Position numbers and translations under genes: made by a program. A DNA stretch of 64,000 bases from a virus (lineage: Duplodnaviria > Caudoviricetes): positions 64,001 through 128,000 of the IMG/VR virus record IMGVR_UViG_3300029288_000065; one strand, 5' to 3'. Positions within the stretch are counted from its first letter, which is position 1. Each line of letters begins with the position of its first letter. Of this stretch, positions 1-9,611 are shown piece after piece. Below the pieces are notes generated by a model. That model searched no databases. It had not been told where the DNA came from and worked only from the letters and a program-made list of their open reading frames with translations.

Positions 1-354
1 TCCTTCTTCTTGGAGGATATAATTTATATGTCTAATTATATCCTCTGGAGACCATTCTGTGTCTTTGATGTATCTCCCAATGGATAATTTAAGTTCACAA
101 TATTTTATTCCTTCTTTTTTGAGATCCCATACTATTTGTCGGATAGTATAATCTATACTCCATGGATCCCATTTGATTTTATCTAGAATATTAAATTTAT
201 TTAAGAAACCGTGGAATGTTTTTTTCTCATTTCTCTTAAAAAGGAGTTGTTTTTCTATTTCTTGGATTGACAAATCTCCGCCATGATGTTTTATGATGTT
301 GTGGAGTGTTTTGGCGGATATAGATCCACCACAGTGTCGATGTAGATCAATCAT
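1..354 (-). CDS. Adenosine/adenine deaminase family protein, N-terminal part (runs off the window)
   Basis: Not in ORF track. Manual translation from ATG 354: MIDLHRHCGGSISAKTL...FHGFLNKF...DLKKEGIKYCELKLS, with the ADA-type DLHxH metal motif and the 'EG(I/V)xYxE' segment; open to position 1. Confidence 0.8.
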   Translation of the reverse strand, partial: MIDLHRHCGGSISAKTLHNIIKHHGGDLSIQEIEKQLLFKRNEKKTFHGFLNKFNILDKIKWDPWSIDYTIRQIVWDLKKEGIKYCELKLSIGRYIKDTEWSPEDIIRHINYILQEEG

Positions 355-371
355 ATTTTTAAAATACTGGA

Positions 372-653
372 TTACGCGCTACCACTACCAGTAGAGGTTG
401 GTGGGTATGTTACTTCTACGCGTCGATCAAGTTTTTCATAAGAAATCATTTTCTTATTTGACAAACTTCTAAGTGTAGTCTGATCAAAACGATTTTCTTC
501 AGCTTCTAACATAGCTTTTGGACGTACTTCGGTCATACCATATCCAGTAAAAATGAGACTACCAACTTGTCTTTGGACGTTTATCTTAATTGTCTGATTA
601 CCTATATTGGTAAGAGAAATGGTTTTAATGATGGTGTATGGGGCAGTTGCCAT
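372..653 (-). CDS. Small putative virion protein, paralogue of 50563..50814
   Basis: ATG 653 follows AGGAG; shares N(I/L)GxxxxxI...S.IF.GYG...ExxRxD with the 50563 ORF; ends TGSGSA. Confidence 0.6.
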   Translation of the reverse strand: MATAPYTIIKTISLTNIGNQTIKINVQRQVGSLIFTGYGMTEVRPKAMLEAEENRFDQTTLRSLSNKKMISYEKLDRRVEVTYPPTSTGSGSA

Positions 654-723
654 GTTTTTTCTCCTAATCCAATTTATTTTTGACTTAATCAAAAATATTG
701 TAAATAGGAATGGGAGATAATCT

Positions 724-1764
724 ATGAGGTTGTCCAAAATACATGGAAGAGTCAACGTTGTTTTAGAAATGCGTGCTGATGAACTTACACCAAATCAAGC
801 ATTCCATATGATGGTTTCTTTATTGACTGGAATGGGTATTCCTCCACAGGTTGTGGGAGATGTAGCCCAGAAATTTGAACAACTCAGGAATGAATTTGCT
901 AGAAATCCATCAAAGGGCGCTCAATTAACAGGTGAAATCCCAAAGAGAAAATTATCAAGACATTCTTCAGGCATAGATTTCATGGACTTATTCACCCAAA
1001 CAATTTTTAGAGTACCACCAAGATCTCCTGCTTGGGCCAGTGCACTGCAGAAAGCATATGGATTACGAAAAATAATCGAAAGAGATTGGCCAAATGTTCA
1101 TATTCAGTGGGACCGAGGATATCCAAATGCTTTTGCAGATGCAATAGATCAATCGAATATTTGGGGACAACTTGCCAATCTCGGAGGAGAAAGTAGAGGC
1201 GCTCAGAGATCTTATCTCACAAAATATGGTCCCGAACTTCGAACACTCCTAAAGAAGAATGGACTCGAACCAATTGGTTTACGTGGTGGTGTTAGTGGCA
1301 CTTTGATGGCCATGCTGGAACTTGCTCAACTAATGTGGGTTGTTTATAAGAAGATTCGTGATGGTGAACCAATTACGGATTTACAGGAATTCTTTAAGTG
1401 GAAGTTGACAAAAGACGATGTCGAACATATCCAACAGGAAGCTTATCAGATGGAGGTTGAAGAACAACAGGAAGAACGTGCAGATGCATTGGCTGCTACT
1501 GAACCGCAAGAGCCAACTCCTGGACCAAAACCAGTTCCTGAACCAACTCCTGAACCAGTAACAGCCAAACAACAGATATTGAAGGCAGGAGAAAGTTCCG
1601 AACCGGGGAAAGTAGCAGTACAGTCAGAACCAGAAGAACCAAAACCAGAGCCAGAACCAGGTGAGAGTGAAGCAGAAAAGGCAGAGAAGGCCAAAAAAGG
1701 CTTGGAACTGGCCAGAAGTCTAAGTCAGTCTATTCAGAGGAAGCCTAAACCACCCGCTTCCTAA
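724..1764 (+). CDS. Hypothetical protein with Pro/Glu-rich C-terminus (possible head-internal protein)
   Basis: 346-aa ORF, PEPTPEP-type low-complexity tail, AAATA motif upstream. Confidence 0.55.
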   Translation: MRLSKIHGRVNVVLEMRADELTPNQAFHMMVSLLTGMGIPPQVVGDVAQKFEQLRNEFARNPSKGAQLTGEIPKRKLSRHSSGIDFMDLFTQTIFRVPPRSPAWASALQKAYGLRKIIERDWPNVHIQWDRGYPNAFADAIDQSNIWGQLANLGGESRGAQRSYLTKYGPELRTLLKKNGLEPIGLRGGVSGTLMAMLELAQLMWVVYKKIRDGEPITDLQEFFKWKLTKDDVEHIQQEAYQMEVEEQQEERADALAATEPQEPTPGPKPVPEPTPEPVTAKQQILKAGESSEPGKVAVQSEPEEPKPEPEPGESEAEKAEKAKKGLELARSLSQSIQRKPKPPAS

Positions 1765-2284
1765 TTAAGTTGCCCAAATTCATTTTGGCCAGACCAAGTG
1801 GTTTATTTTTGTGTTTGTTAATTTTGTCTTCTGGGACACCTACTTCTTTCGCCCATGTAATAATTCCATTTAGATCAAGTGTTCCAATCTTTTTGGCGAA
1901 GTCATCCTTGAAGGTTTTCTTTACTATTTTGATTTCGCCGTCATTTTCAACGCTCATTGTTACCTCGTATCCTGCTGTCCCAAGGTGTAGTTCTTGCTTG
2001 ACTTTTTCATCATTGGTTTCGATGTGTGGTAATGGATCATTTCCATATATCTCTTTGTAGAACTTTTTTTGGAAAGCTCTTTTTACACCTCTGGCTAACA
2101 TTGGTCTGTTTCTTATTTGTGGCCAAAGTCCGTGAACCATGTGGAGGAATTTTAGGAGCCTTTCAGTACTCCATTTATCTATGTCTTTGGACATATGGGA
2201 CATGAGACTATATTTCCCGTCATTCTCTTTTATTTGGAATGAAGACTTGAATGATTCCCAAGTATCGTATTCTGGAAAAAGCAT
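1745..2284 (-). CDS. Hypothetical protein
   Basis: ORF; likely start MLFPEY at 2284, divergent from dUTPase. Confidence 0.55.
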   Translation of the reverse strand: MLFPEYDTWESFKSSFQIKENDGKYSLMSHMSKDIDKWSTERLLKFLHMVHGLWPQIRNRPMLARGVKRAFQKKFYKEIYGNDPLPHIETNDEKVKQELHLGTAGYEVTMSVENDGEIKIVKKTFKDDFAKKIGTLDLNGIITWAKEVGVPEDKINKHKNKPLGLAKMNLGNLIRKRVV

Positions 2285-2291
2285 AAAATTT

Positions 2292-2307
2292 AAATACTGC
2301 AGTATTT
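2292..2307. promoter_or_regulatory. 16-bp perfect palindrome between divergent genes (two back-to-back CAGTATTT motifs)
   Basis: AAATACTGCAGTATTT read directly; the same [AC]GTATTT core precedes several other genes. Confidence 0.5.
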
Positions 2308-2326
2308 TAAACGAAAAGGAGATTCC

Positions 2327-2965
2327 ATGATTACGCAAAACATTGATAGTACTGGAAAGTCATATGAGTATGAAAGCCATGGAAATTTATACGTACGACG
2401 TGAGCCAGATCAGTCATTTATTCCACGTTTCGCCAAACCGGGAGATGTTGGTTTGGATCTCCCAGTTAAGATAAATGTTGATTTAATCAAATTCGATACG
2501 GAATCTGGGTCTGTAAAACCTGACAAGTTAAGATCTGTCATGTTATATCCGGAGTTGAAACAATATATTTATCCAAATGGTATAAACAATGATGGTTTTC
2601 CCTGTCTTGATATTCCTGCTTTTGGGTGGGCCGAGATACCTTCTGCTTTGTCCGTGAAGCTTCCAGATGATGCTTGGGGTTTGATAAAGACTAGATCTTG
2701 TACTGCTTGGAAGCAACACTTAATGGTTAGCTGTTCGACGATAGATCCTGGATACATAGGCTTATTGGGTACTCTGGTGTATAATCCAAATCACACACCT
2801 GTTAGAGTGTATGAATATAATCCAGAAACTGGGAAGGGTGATCGTCTTTCTCAGCTTATTTTGATTCCGATTTATCCTTTACATAAAATTGTTTTGGTTG
2901 ATTACCTTCCAAAGACTGATCGTGGGACCACTGGGTTTGGTAGTTCAGGTTGTAGTCACGAGTGA
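2327..2965 (+). CDS. dut: Trimeric dUTPase
   Basis: Motifs GDVGLDL, TRS, TIDPGYIG, GDRLSQL, DRGTTGFGSSG. Confidence 0.92.
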   Translation: MITQNIDSTGKSYEYESHGNLYVRREPDQSFIPRFAKPGDVGLDLPVKINVDLIKFDTESGSVKPDKLRSVMLYPELKQYIYPNGINNDGFPCLDIPAFGWAEIPSALSVKLPDDAWGLIKTRSCTAWKQHLMVSCSTIDPGYIGLLGTLVYNPNHTPVRVYEYNPETGKGDRLSQLILIPIYPLHKIVLVDYLPKTDRGTTGFGSSGCSHE

Positions 2966-3174
2966 TAGGAAAAGTGATGATCTTACCCACTTTTGAACAA
3001 GTTTTCCGTGGTGATAAATCTCAAGAAGAATGGGAAAATAATATTCGTGGAATAATCACCAGTTTACGACCATATATGATGGAGAAAGAAATATTTAAAT
3101 CAATTATGAATTCTGGTCGAGGATCTTTAAACCCAATAGAAGTTCGTCGTCTGTTGAACGAGAGGAAACCATGA
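2962..3174 (+). CDS. Small hypothetical protein, C-terminus resembles GatB/YqeY tail
   Basis: IMNSGRGSLNPIEVRRLL resembles the GatB-type 'VMK.TRG.ANP..V..LL'. Confidence 0.35.
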   Translation: MIGKVMILPTFEQVFRGDKSQEEWENNIRGIITSLRPYMMEKEIFKSIMNSGRGSLNPIEVRRLLNERKP

Positions 3175-3464
3175 AACACGCAGTATTTTTCGTAACCATA
3201 ATTGAATTGGACGACGAATTATTCGTTGATGATATGTTTTTCGGTGGTATTGTTGAGGATAAAGACAAAGCAGATTTGCTGGCTCGTGATATTATCAATG
3301 ACAATGGTATTCAGGGTGCTATAGTACCAAAAGTATTGCCGTTGGTTGATAATTTATCAAAAGCGATGGAAATTGCCAATAAATATTTTGTTCGTATGAG
3401 AAATGAGATTTATGATACAGAGACTCGCAGGAAGTCCAAGGATTTATCTAAGAAACAAGCTTGA
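3171..3464 (+). CDS. Hypothetical protein
   Basis: ORF with SD, ATGA-coupled to upstream gene. Confidence 0.55.
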   Translation: MKHAVFFVTIIELDDELFVDDMFFGGIVEDKDKADLLARDIINDNGIQGAIVPKVLPLVDNLSKAMEIANKYFVRMRNEIYDTETRRKSKDLSKKQA

Positions 3465-3476
3465 TAGGAATAATCT

Positions 3477-4079
3477 ATGTGGTACATCTTGAAAGGCAGG
3501 AAATACTTTAAATCTACTGATCTTCGCAAGTGTGATGATCACTTGAAAGATAGACATTCCAGAAGAATAGCGTCTGACTTTATCCCGGATGAAAAACGTA
3601 AAGAGATGACAATTTCGACTGTGTTTCTGAGTTTGGATCATAATATGGGTGGTAGTGGTGGTGGTCCTGTATTGTTTGAAACAATGTGTTTTGGTGGGAA
3701 AATAGATGAGAATACGAATAGATATTCGTCATGGGATGATGCTTTCTTGGGTCATATTAGGATGACTGAACAGGCATTGTTTGAATATTTGAAAATTGAT
3801 GGACAATTTAAGCCAATGGATTTGAAAGCTTTGGTTTACACAGGGAAAATTAAATTTTTTGATGAGACTGACGATACAATCACTGATTGCAGACTTATTG
3901 TTGATGATGGGATTCATCAGCCTTCTACTACTTTTGGTGTGTTTAATAATATTTTCTATAAGAGGATGTTGTGGTCTGAAAAGGAAAAATCTTATAAGAT
4001 TTTCTTTTGGGAAATTGGAGATCCAAAGTGCGATATCTTAAAAGAAGTAAGTCCTTATTCAATGTACTTTAAAAAGTAG
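3477..4079 (+). CDS. Phage hypothetical protein; C-terminal WEIGDPxxD motif
   Basis: ISTVFLxLDH...PVLFETMxF...RYxxWxxAxxGH pattern recalled from phage proteins; ends in TAG. Confidence 0.6.
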   Translation: MWYILKGRKYFKSTDLRKCDDHLKDRHSRRIASDFIPDEKRKEMTISTVFLSLDHNMGGSGGGPVLFETMCFGGKIDENTNRYSSWDDAFLGHIRMTEQALFEYLKIDGQFKPMDLKALVYTGKIKFFDETDDTITDCRLIVDDGIHQPSTTFGVFNNIFYKRMLWSEKEKSYKIFFWEIGDPKCDILKEVSPYSMYFKK

Positions 4080-4196
4080 ATTTCCTACTCGTTTGTTATA
4101 TCTCCTTAATAGTCGATAATTGGTAGTATCTTCCTGAATATTTCTACGAAGATTTGCAATAGTGATGACTCAAAGATATATTCAAAGGAGATCAAA

Positions 4197-6947
4197 ATGA
4201 TTTTCCAACTTCCAAAAATTGAAGACCTTGTTGATAAGCAATTCTTCCAGGTCCCAGTAGCAGACGGAATTCTGGCAGGATACCAAGTCGACCAAGAAAC
4301 TAAAACATTCTATGCCAAAGAAAGCCAAATAATTATCCCATCAATGCATGGGCTAACACACGTCGCTGAAGACCCAGTACCAGACGCAACACCAGATCTA
4401 CATGGCCTAATGTCAGGAGATGACAAAGCCAAATTGGACGCACTGGTCCAGATGAGATTGGGAATTCTTGGTTACCAAGGAGCGGGCTTCCCAGACGATG
4501 GCGGCTTCCTCACAGGCGACATAATTCTAGCAGCAGGAAGTGAATTTATTAGTATAGAAAGAGTAGGGAACACAGTAAGATTCACAGTTGACTCCCCAAT
4601 CCCATTAAATTGTGGATGCGAGAGCTGCGCACAGATTTTCTGGATACAAGACGAAAGTGAAGCAAGAGCGATCAGACCACCATCTTGCAATGGTGTAATG
4701 CCAAACGTATCAGCTTACGGCGAACTTAAAATATACTTATTACCAGAATCTACTATCGTAGACCCACAAGACCCGTTAACGACGTTAAACACAAAGGGAA
4801 ATTACCCAACACTAATCTTCAAGAGATATGATAATGGTTTAACACCATTCGAAGCGTCATTTGAAATGGTCCTCAAGAGAAACTCAAATTTGACAAGTAA
4901 TGTAGGTTGGGCATTTACACCTGGCCCAACCAATATAGCACAATTAGTATGGTATATGGGAAGTGATAAAAATGGTGCACAAATAAAATTCGAACTTTGG
5001 CCTGATTCAGAACCTGGGCTAATGGGCCAACTTCTTTACCGTGGAAATCTGATCACGAAGATGCCAGCAGTCATCACTGGTTACACGACATCAATGTTGA
5101 CCACAAACCAATATAATGTTAAGAAATGGGATCTAAAAAATGAAGTCCCAGTTGGAAGTGCTTTTGTGGCTAAGAACGTCTGGAAATACCTAAATCCTGA
5201 AAACACAACAACAAACACAACGAACCCAAAGACTCTTGTCTTGGATAATACCGTTGGTATACTCCCAGTTGGAACTTTGGTAGATCTCTACCAATTTGAA
5301 ACAGCCAGAACTGGTCTTTCCAGAACAGTTGTTTCTTACTTCATAAAAGAACCAGCTGCAAATTCTACTAATCTTTGGTCTTTGGCTGGTGCAGTCAGAT
5401 TTGGTGACCGGTTTACCGCCCGTGAAGAAATCAACAACCCATCCACGGGTTCAGATTTGGCAGCAAGTGAATTGAACGTATCAGACGTTAGATTATTTGA
5501 ACGAGGAGAATGGGGTCTTCTTGGTTTTGAAGATAGATTAATTCTCTCAGATGACGGTGGAATAGCTGCGTCCACTGATGGAGTACAGAGGAGAGAACCT
5601 TCCGGTGACCCGATCAACAATGATATAGTTGCTGACATTGATCCTACTATCCCTGGCTTAAAGGTTCTAAAACAGACTCCAGATAGAAGCTCGGTTGACG
5701 TGGATGGTGACGGTGTTGTGACCGACAAAGATTTGGCAGCATTTGCTTGTGCTTATGGTTCCAAAATTGGTGATGCCAATTATAATGTAAAGGCTGATTT
5801 GAATGGTGATGGTCGAGTAGATGTCCGCGATTTGGCAATTCTTGGTCAATTTTTTGATCTTGGTGTCGAGAGGGTTACTGACAGACCACTATTCCTGTGG
5901 AATAGAAGTAGCCATAAGAACGTACTGACTCACCTTCAACTTGGTATGCCAGCAGCTGATGCAAGATTATTCCCACCGTACGATCTTCTTTTATCTGCTC
6001 CAGTTGATAGCTTTGATGATACCTACGTTAGAGTAATCCAACGTGGTGTATTCCAAACTGGACCTTTTGCTGGCGCTCCTTATATTGTTGTAAAAGGTAT
6101 TGAATGGCGAGAACTCCCTCAACAAGGTATTCTAAGAATTTTGACCGGTGCATTCAGAAATATTATATGGAGATATTATTTCAAAGCAGCATTCTCAAGT
6201 GACGACGATGATGGTGTAACTCTTATTGGCCGTGATTATGTCTTCCCATTTGATGAAGATTTCCCAATCCTTAATTTCCGTGGAACATCTTGTACCGTTC
6301 CGGGGGCAACTGATCTACCTGCTACTGATTATAATGTTCCGACAAGTTCCATTTGTTGTGAACTCCTTCATCAAGATTATACAGCTCCGTGTATGAGATT
6401 CCAATTTGAGTCTGATTGGAATACTGGTTCAGAAGCCGTCCAATTACAAATTATTTGTGGCATGCTTGATATGGGTGTTGCTTATACACTCTACGATCCA
6501 GTGACCCATCTTGATGATCTTGTTCGTGGTTTCTCTCCAGGGTATACAGTCAGTAAGATTATGGTTCAGCAAGGTTTCATCACTGACGGGATTGGAGCTG
6601 GTGTTGTTTCAAATCCGACCACGTTTAAGGTTTATTGGGGCGGCGAATTGGCTGTTCCTGTTAGTGGTCAGACTGAGAAATGGAACGAAGTTGAAGTAAT
6701 GTATAAAGATAATCAGGCATGGTTGTGGTGGAATGGTATTTTGGTTTCGCCTGATCCTACTCTTTGTTCCAAGCTTCCTACCCCTGTTGCTGTTAATACG
6801 CCTTATTTCCCGTTACATCCTCAGGTTTCGACTGGGAAAGTTGCTCTTAGAATGTTCCCTGGGGCAATTGTTCGATCCTTTGATGTCAAGGATCAATTGA
6901 CGTCGTTTAATGAATATTCTTATAGTCAGCAGGGGATCACTTCTTGA
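4197..6947 (+). CDS. Large virion structural protein with dockerin-like Ca-binding pair
   Basis: 916 aa; ATPxxxGLMSxxDKxKLD fibre-type motif; DVDGDGVVTDKDL...ADLNGDGRVDVRDL. Confidence 0.7.
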   Translation: MIFQLPKIEDLVDKQFFQVPVADGILAGYQVDQETKTFYAKESQIIIPSMHGLTHVAEDPVPDATPDLHGLMSGDDKAKLDALVQMRLGILGYQGAGFPDDGGFLTGDIILAAGSEFISIERVGNTVRFTVDSPIPLNCGCESCAQIFWIQDESEARAIRPPSCNGVMPNVSAYGELKIYLLPESTIVDPQDPLTTLNTKGNYPTLIFKRYDNGLTPFEASFEMVLKRNSNLTSNVGWAFTPGPTNIAQLVWYMGSDKNGAQIKFELWPDSEPGLMGQLLYRGNLITKMPAVITGYTTSMLTTNQYNVKKWDLKNEVPVGSAFVAKNVWKYLNPENTTTNTTNPKTLVLDNTVGILPVGTLVDLYQFETARTGLSRTVVSYFIKEPAANSTNLWSLAGAVRFGDRFTAREEINNPSTGSDLAASELNVSDVRLFERGEWGLLGFEDRLILSDDGGIAASTDGVQRREPSGDPINNDIVADIDPTIPGLKVLKQTPDRSSVDVDGDGVVTDKDLAAFACAYGSKIGDANYNVKADLNGDGRVDVRDLAILGQFFDLGVERVTDRPLFLWNRSSHKNVLTHLQLGMPAADARLFPPYDLLLSAPVDSFDDTYVRVIQRGVFQTGPFAGAPYIVVKGIEWRELPQQGILRILTGAFRNIIWRYYFKAAFSSDDDDGVTLIGRDYVFPFDEDFPILNFRGTSCTVPGATDLPATDYNVPTSSICCELLHQDYTAPCMRFQFESDWNTGSEAVQLQIICGMLDMGVAYTLYDPVTHLDDLVRGFSPGYTVSKIMVQQGFITDGIGAGVVSNPTTFKVYWGGELAVPVSGQTEKWNEVEVMYKDNQAWLWWNGILVSPDPTLCSKLPTPVAVNTPYFPLHPQVSTGKVALRMFPGAIVRSFDVKDQLTSFNEYSYSQQGITS

Positions 6948-7153
6948 AGCCATTTTTATTGTTATTTTGTTTACACCAGGACGAGATTATTGATAATCGT
7001 ACCATTGAGTCTCCGTTTGAACAGTTGCAAAAAGCTGGTTTACTTGTTTCTCATCAAGAGATGCCGTCCTGGATTTTTCAGAAGAAATTAATTTTATTGT
7101 TTAAATGTAAGAAATGTGGGAGAACAAGGATTGAGGAACATACTAATCCATAA
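6944..7153 (+). CDS. Small protein with CxxC
   Basis: CLH...CKKCG; overlaps upstream stop. Confidence 0.45.
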   Translation: MKPFLLLFCLHQDEIIDNRTIESPFEQLQKAGLLVSHQEMPSWIFQKKLILLFKCKKCGRTRIEEHTNP

Positions 7154-7161
7154 ATAATAAT

Positions 7162-8043
7162 ATGGATGGGTTCATTTGTATCGTTCGAACCGAAGAAGAT
7201 ATTTTAAAATTGGATTTAACTATCAAATCACTACAGAAATATAATATCTCCTTTAAGATATATTCAAGTAAGAATATTCCAAACGCCATTATTGCCAAGG
7301 ATAACCCACAGAGAAGTGTTCATAGAATATCACCATATACTACTACTATATGTATTGAACCAGGAATTATATTACTTAAAGATCCATTATCTTTATTCTC
7401 TTTGAAAGGTGATATATTATTTGGGAAAGGTGTATTTCTATTTCGAAAGTGCGCTCACATTTTTATGGAGGATCTTTACCAGAACGATGATGTAGAGATG
7501 ACAGTCAAGGAGCATGGTCTTTCGGAATGGGCTTTTCCTGACGTCGCGATGTACTTCGGAGACTTTCGAAAAAATTGGGGAGACCAAAATAAAACATGGC
7601 GGCTGGTAAAGAACGGTTTTGAAGAAAAGAGGCAATACCCAGGATTACTTGTACTACCTGAAAAACATAAGATTCCAAGTATTATTGATAATTTGAAGAA
7701 ATTCGTTGGATTTAAAGTTGTTTCTGAATTTAAATGTAATTTTATCTGCAGGGATATTATGGATAAGATTAATGGTGATTATAGGAATATGTGTATATTG
7801 ATTATTAATGACAAGGTTATTCTCTTGGAATATTCAAAGTATTATAACACTTATAATTGTTTTAAAAATGTTAAACCAGATGGAATTGATTTGATTTTAA
7901 AATTGAAATACAATTCAGAAAATATTTCTCAAAGAAATTATCCCATAAAGATATTACCATTTGGTACAGATCCTTGTTCTGAATTATCGGAGATTATAAA
8001 GAACGAATGGAATTTTGTATTTTCTAGTCTAAAAATCAAATAA
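7162..8043 (+). CDS. Divergent GT-A (GT8-like) glycosyltransferase-like protein
   Basis: N-terminal 'IKSLQKY...SPYTTTICIE' parallels 58015 ORF 'ILSLREF...TPYERTLFLD'. Confidence 0.4.
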   Translation: MDGFICIVRTEEDILKLDLTIKSLQKYNISFKIYSSKNIPNAIIAKDNPQRSVHRISPYTTTICIEPGIILLKDPLSLFSLKGDILFGKGVFLFRKCAHIFMEDLYQNDDVEMTVKEHGLSEWAFPDVAMYFGDFRKNWGDQNKTWRLVKNGFEEKRQYPGLLVLPEKHKIPSIIDNLKKFVGFKVVSEFKCNFICRDIMDKINGDYRNMCILIINDKVILLEYSKYYNTYNCFKNVKPDGIDLILKLKYNSENISQRNYPIKILPFGTDPCSELSEIIKNEWNFVFSSLKIK

Positions 8044-8722
8044 TATCTTTTTCATCCTCTTCTATAAGTTTAATGCGTGGATCTTTAGCTTTGACTAATA
8101 ATCTATTGTCATCCCTGGCTAATTCCAGATACTTTTTTGATCCTCTTGCTTTTTTCAATTTGTGTTTGAAGAATCTGGCTTTGATTGCCAATGCAAATAG
8201 ATCTTTCTCAAGTTTTTCAGCTTTTTTGACTGCCTCTCCACTGGTCACAAAATATGAAGAAGGATCTATTGCTGGCATATCTTCCTTAATATTTGGAAGT
8301 TGCCAAACATCTTTTGGTTGTCCAGGAAGCTGCTCAAACCCCAATATTGCAAAAGGTTCTTTATCTGTTATTGATGCTCCTACTCTAAGGAATACCAATT
8401 TTCCATTTCTTTTGTACTCATTTACTTCATTTTTCCGTACGTGTGATCTCATGTGAGAAGTGAAGGCGGCTCCTCCAGCACTTATTTCTTCTTGGCAGAA
8501 TTCACACTTGATAGTTTCATAATGTGATTTTTGGATCTCTGGTTTTACTTTTGGCTCTTCTATTTTTTGCCCTGGTTTTGTGAATACAAGTCCCTCTTTT
8601 CCTTTATGCTCTTGGGCTTCTCCTCTTCGTACGTGTGCTCTCATATGAGATGTTAGAGCTGCTCCACCAGAACTTACGTCCTTATGACAAATCTGGCATT
8701 TTTGTTTTTGAAAAGTGGCCAT
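8036..8722 (-). CDS. Protein with two C2H2-type zinc fingers
   Basis: CQICHKDVSSGGAALTSHMRAH and CEFCQEEISAGGAAFTSHMRSH. Confidence 0.75.
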   Translation of the reverse strand: MATFQKQKCQICHKDVSSGGAALTSHMRAHVRRGEAQEHKGKEGLVFTKPGQKIEEPKVKPEIQKSHYETIKCEFCQEEISAGGAAFTSHMRSHVRKNEVNEYKRNGKLVFLRVGASITDKEPFAILGFEQLPGQPKDVWQLPNIKEDMPAIDPSSYFVTSGEAVKKAEKLEKDLFALAIKARFFKHKLKKARGSKKYLELARDDNRLLVKAKDPRIKLIEEDEKDII

Positions 8723-8770
8723 TTTTATCCTCCGTGTAATTATTTACGTATTTGATAAATGGAGATAATT

Positions 8771-9115
8771 ATGAATCATTATGATGACATTGTACGTCAA
8801 TTCATTAAAAATTCTACACATGATTCCAGTACACCAGATCAAATGGATCAGTTTCTTTGTGAGAATGCTCTACAGGCGGTAATGAATGGTTTTATCGTTC
8901 TTCTTATACGGAAGTTACCGAAGAATGAGAGGAAAGATTTCGTCGATTCTGCAATTCGGGTAATGCGTCAGACACTGATTGCTGAATACGATGATTATCT
9001 TAAAGATAATAAGGATGAAAAAGCAAAGTTGCAAAATTATAAGGAAGATTTTGTTTTAAGGGTTAATAGGAATCTACAGAAGGTAAAGAAGAAGATTGAG
9101 GAAATGATCTACTAA
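8771..9115 (+). CDS. Hypothetical protein
   Basis: ORF with GGAG SD before ATG 8771. Confidence 0.55.
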   Translation: MNHYDDIVRQFIKNSTHDSSTPDQMDQFLCENALQAVMNGFIVLLIRKLPKNERKDFVDSAIRVMRQTLIAEYDDYLKDNKDEKAKLQNYKEDFVLRVNRNLQKVKKKIEEMIY

Positions 9116-9125
9116 GGAGGGTAAC

Positions 9126-9311
9126 ATGAGTAACGACCCAGAAAAGAAGATTCAGGTAAAGATACTAATTGATGGAGAAGAATCACCAATGAGAATTGAG
9201 TTTAATGCTCCAAAAAGATTATTTGATCTACTTCAGACCGCATATACAGAACAAAATGCTATTGAAGCAATCCATATTATACTTGACGAGGCTAAGAAAT
9301 CAATTTCTTAA
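9126..9311 (+). CDS. Hypothetical protein
   Basis: Strong AAGGAGG SD. Confidence 0.55.
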   Translation: MSNDPEKKIQVKILIDGEESPMRIEFNAPKRLFDLLQTAYTEQNAIEAIHIILDEAKKSIS

Positions 9312-9553
9312 TATTCACTTACTGTTTTCCAGAATTTCTTCATAACATGAGTTAAAGGATGGGGAACTTCCATTTTCATTCTTAGCTGATTTGTTCTGCT
9401 GTTATAATAATATTTTGTTCGATGTGTGTAAGGGTCTGGTTCGTGGAACATTATTGGAACTTCTGTACCTTGGACGAGTTCTACCCATCTTTGTGGGTTA
9501 TATCCTTGAGATGGAAAGCCACGGTTATTAATGATATCTTCAAAAATGCTCAT
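9308..9553 (-). CDS. Hypothetical protein
   Basis: ORF preceded by TAAATA motif. Confidence 0.5.
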   Translation of the reverse strand: MSIFEDIINNRGFPSQGYNPQRWVELVQGTEVPIMFHEPDPYTHRTKYYYNSRTNQLRMKMEVPHPLTHVMKKFWKTVSEY

Positions 9554-9611
9554 ATATTATATTTACTTGGACCTTCGCACAGTAAAATATATAGTAAGGT
9601 AAGGAAGAACT

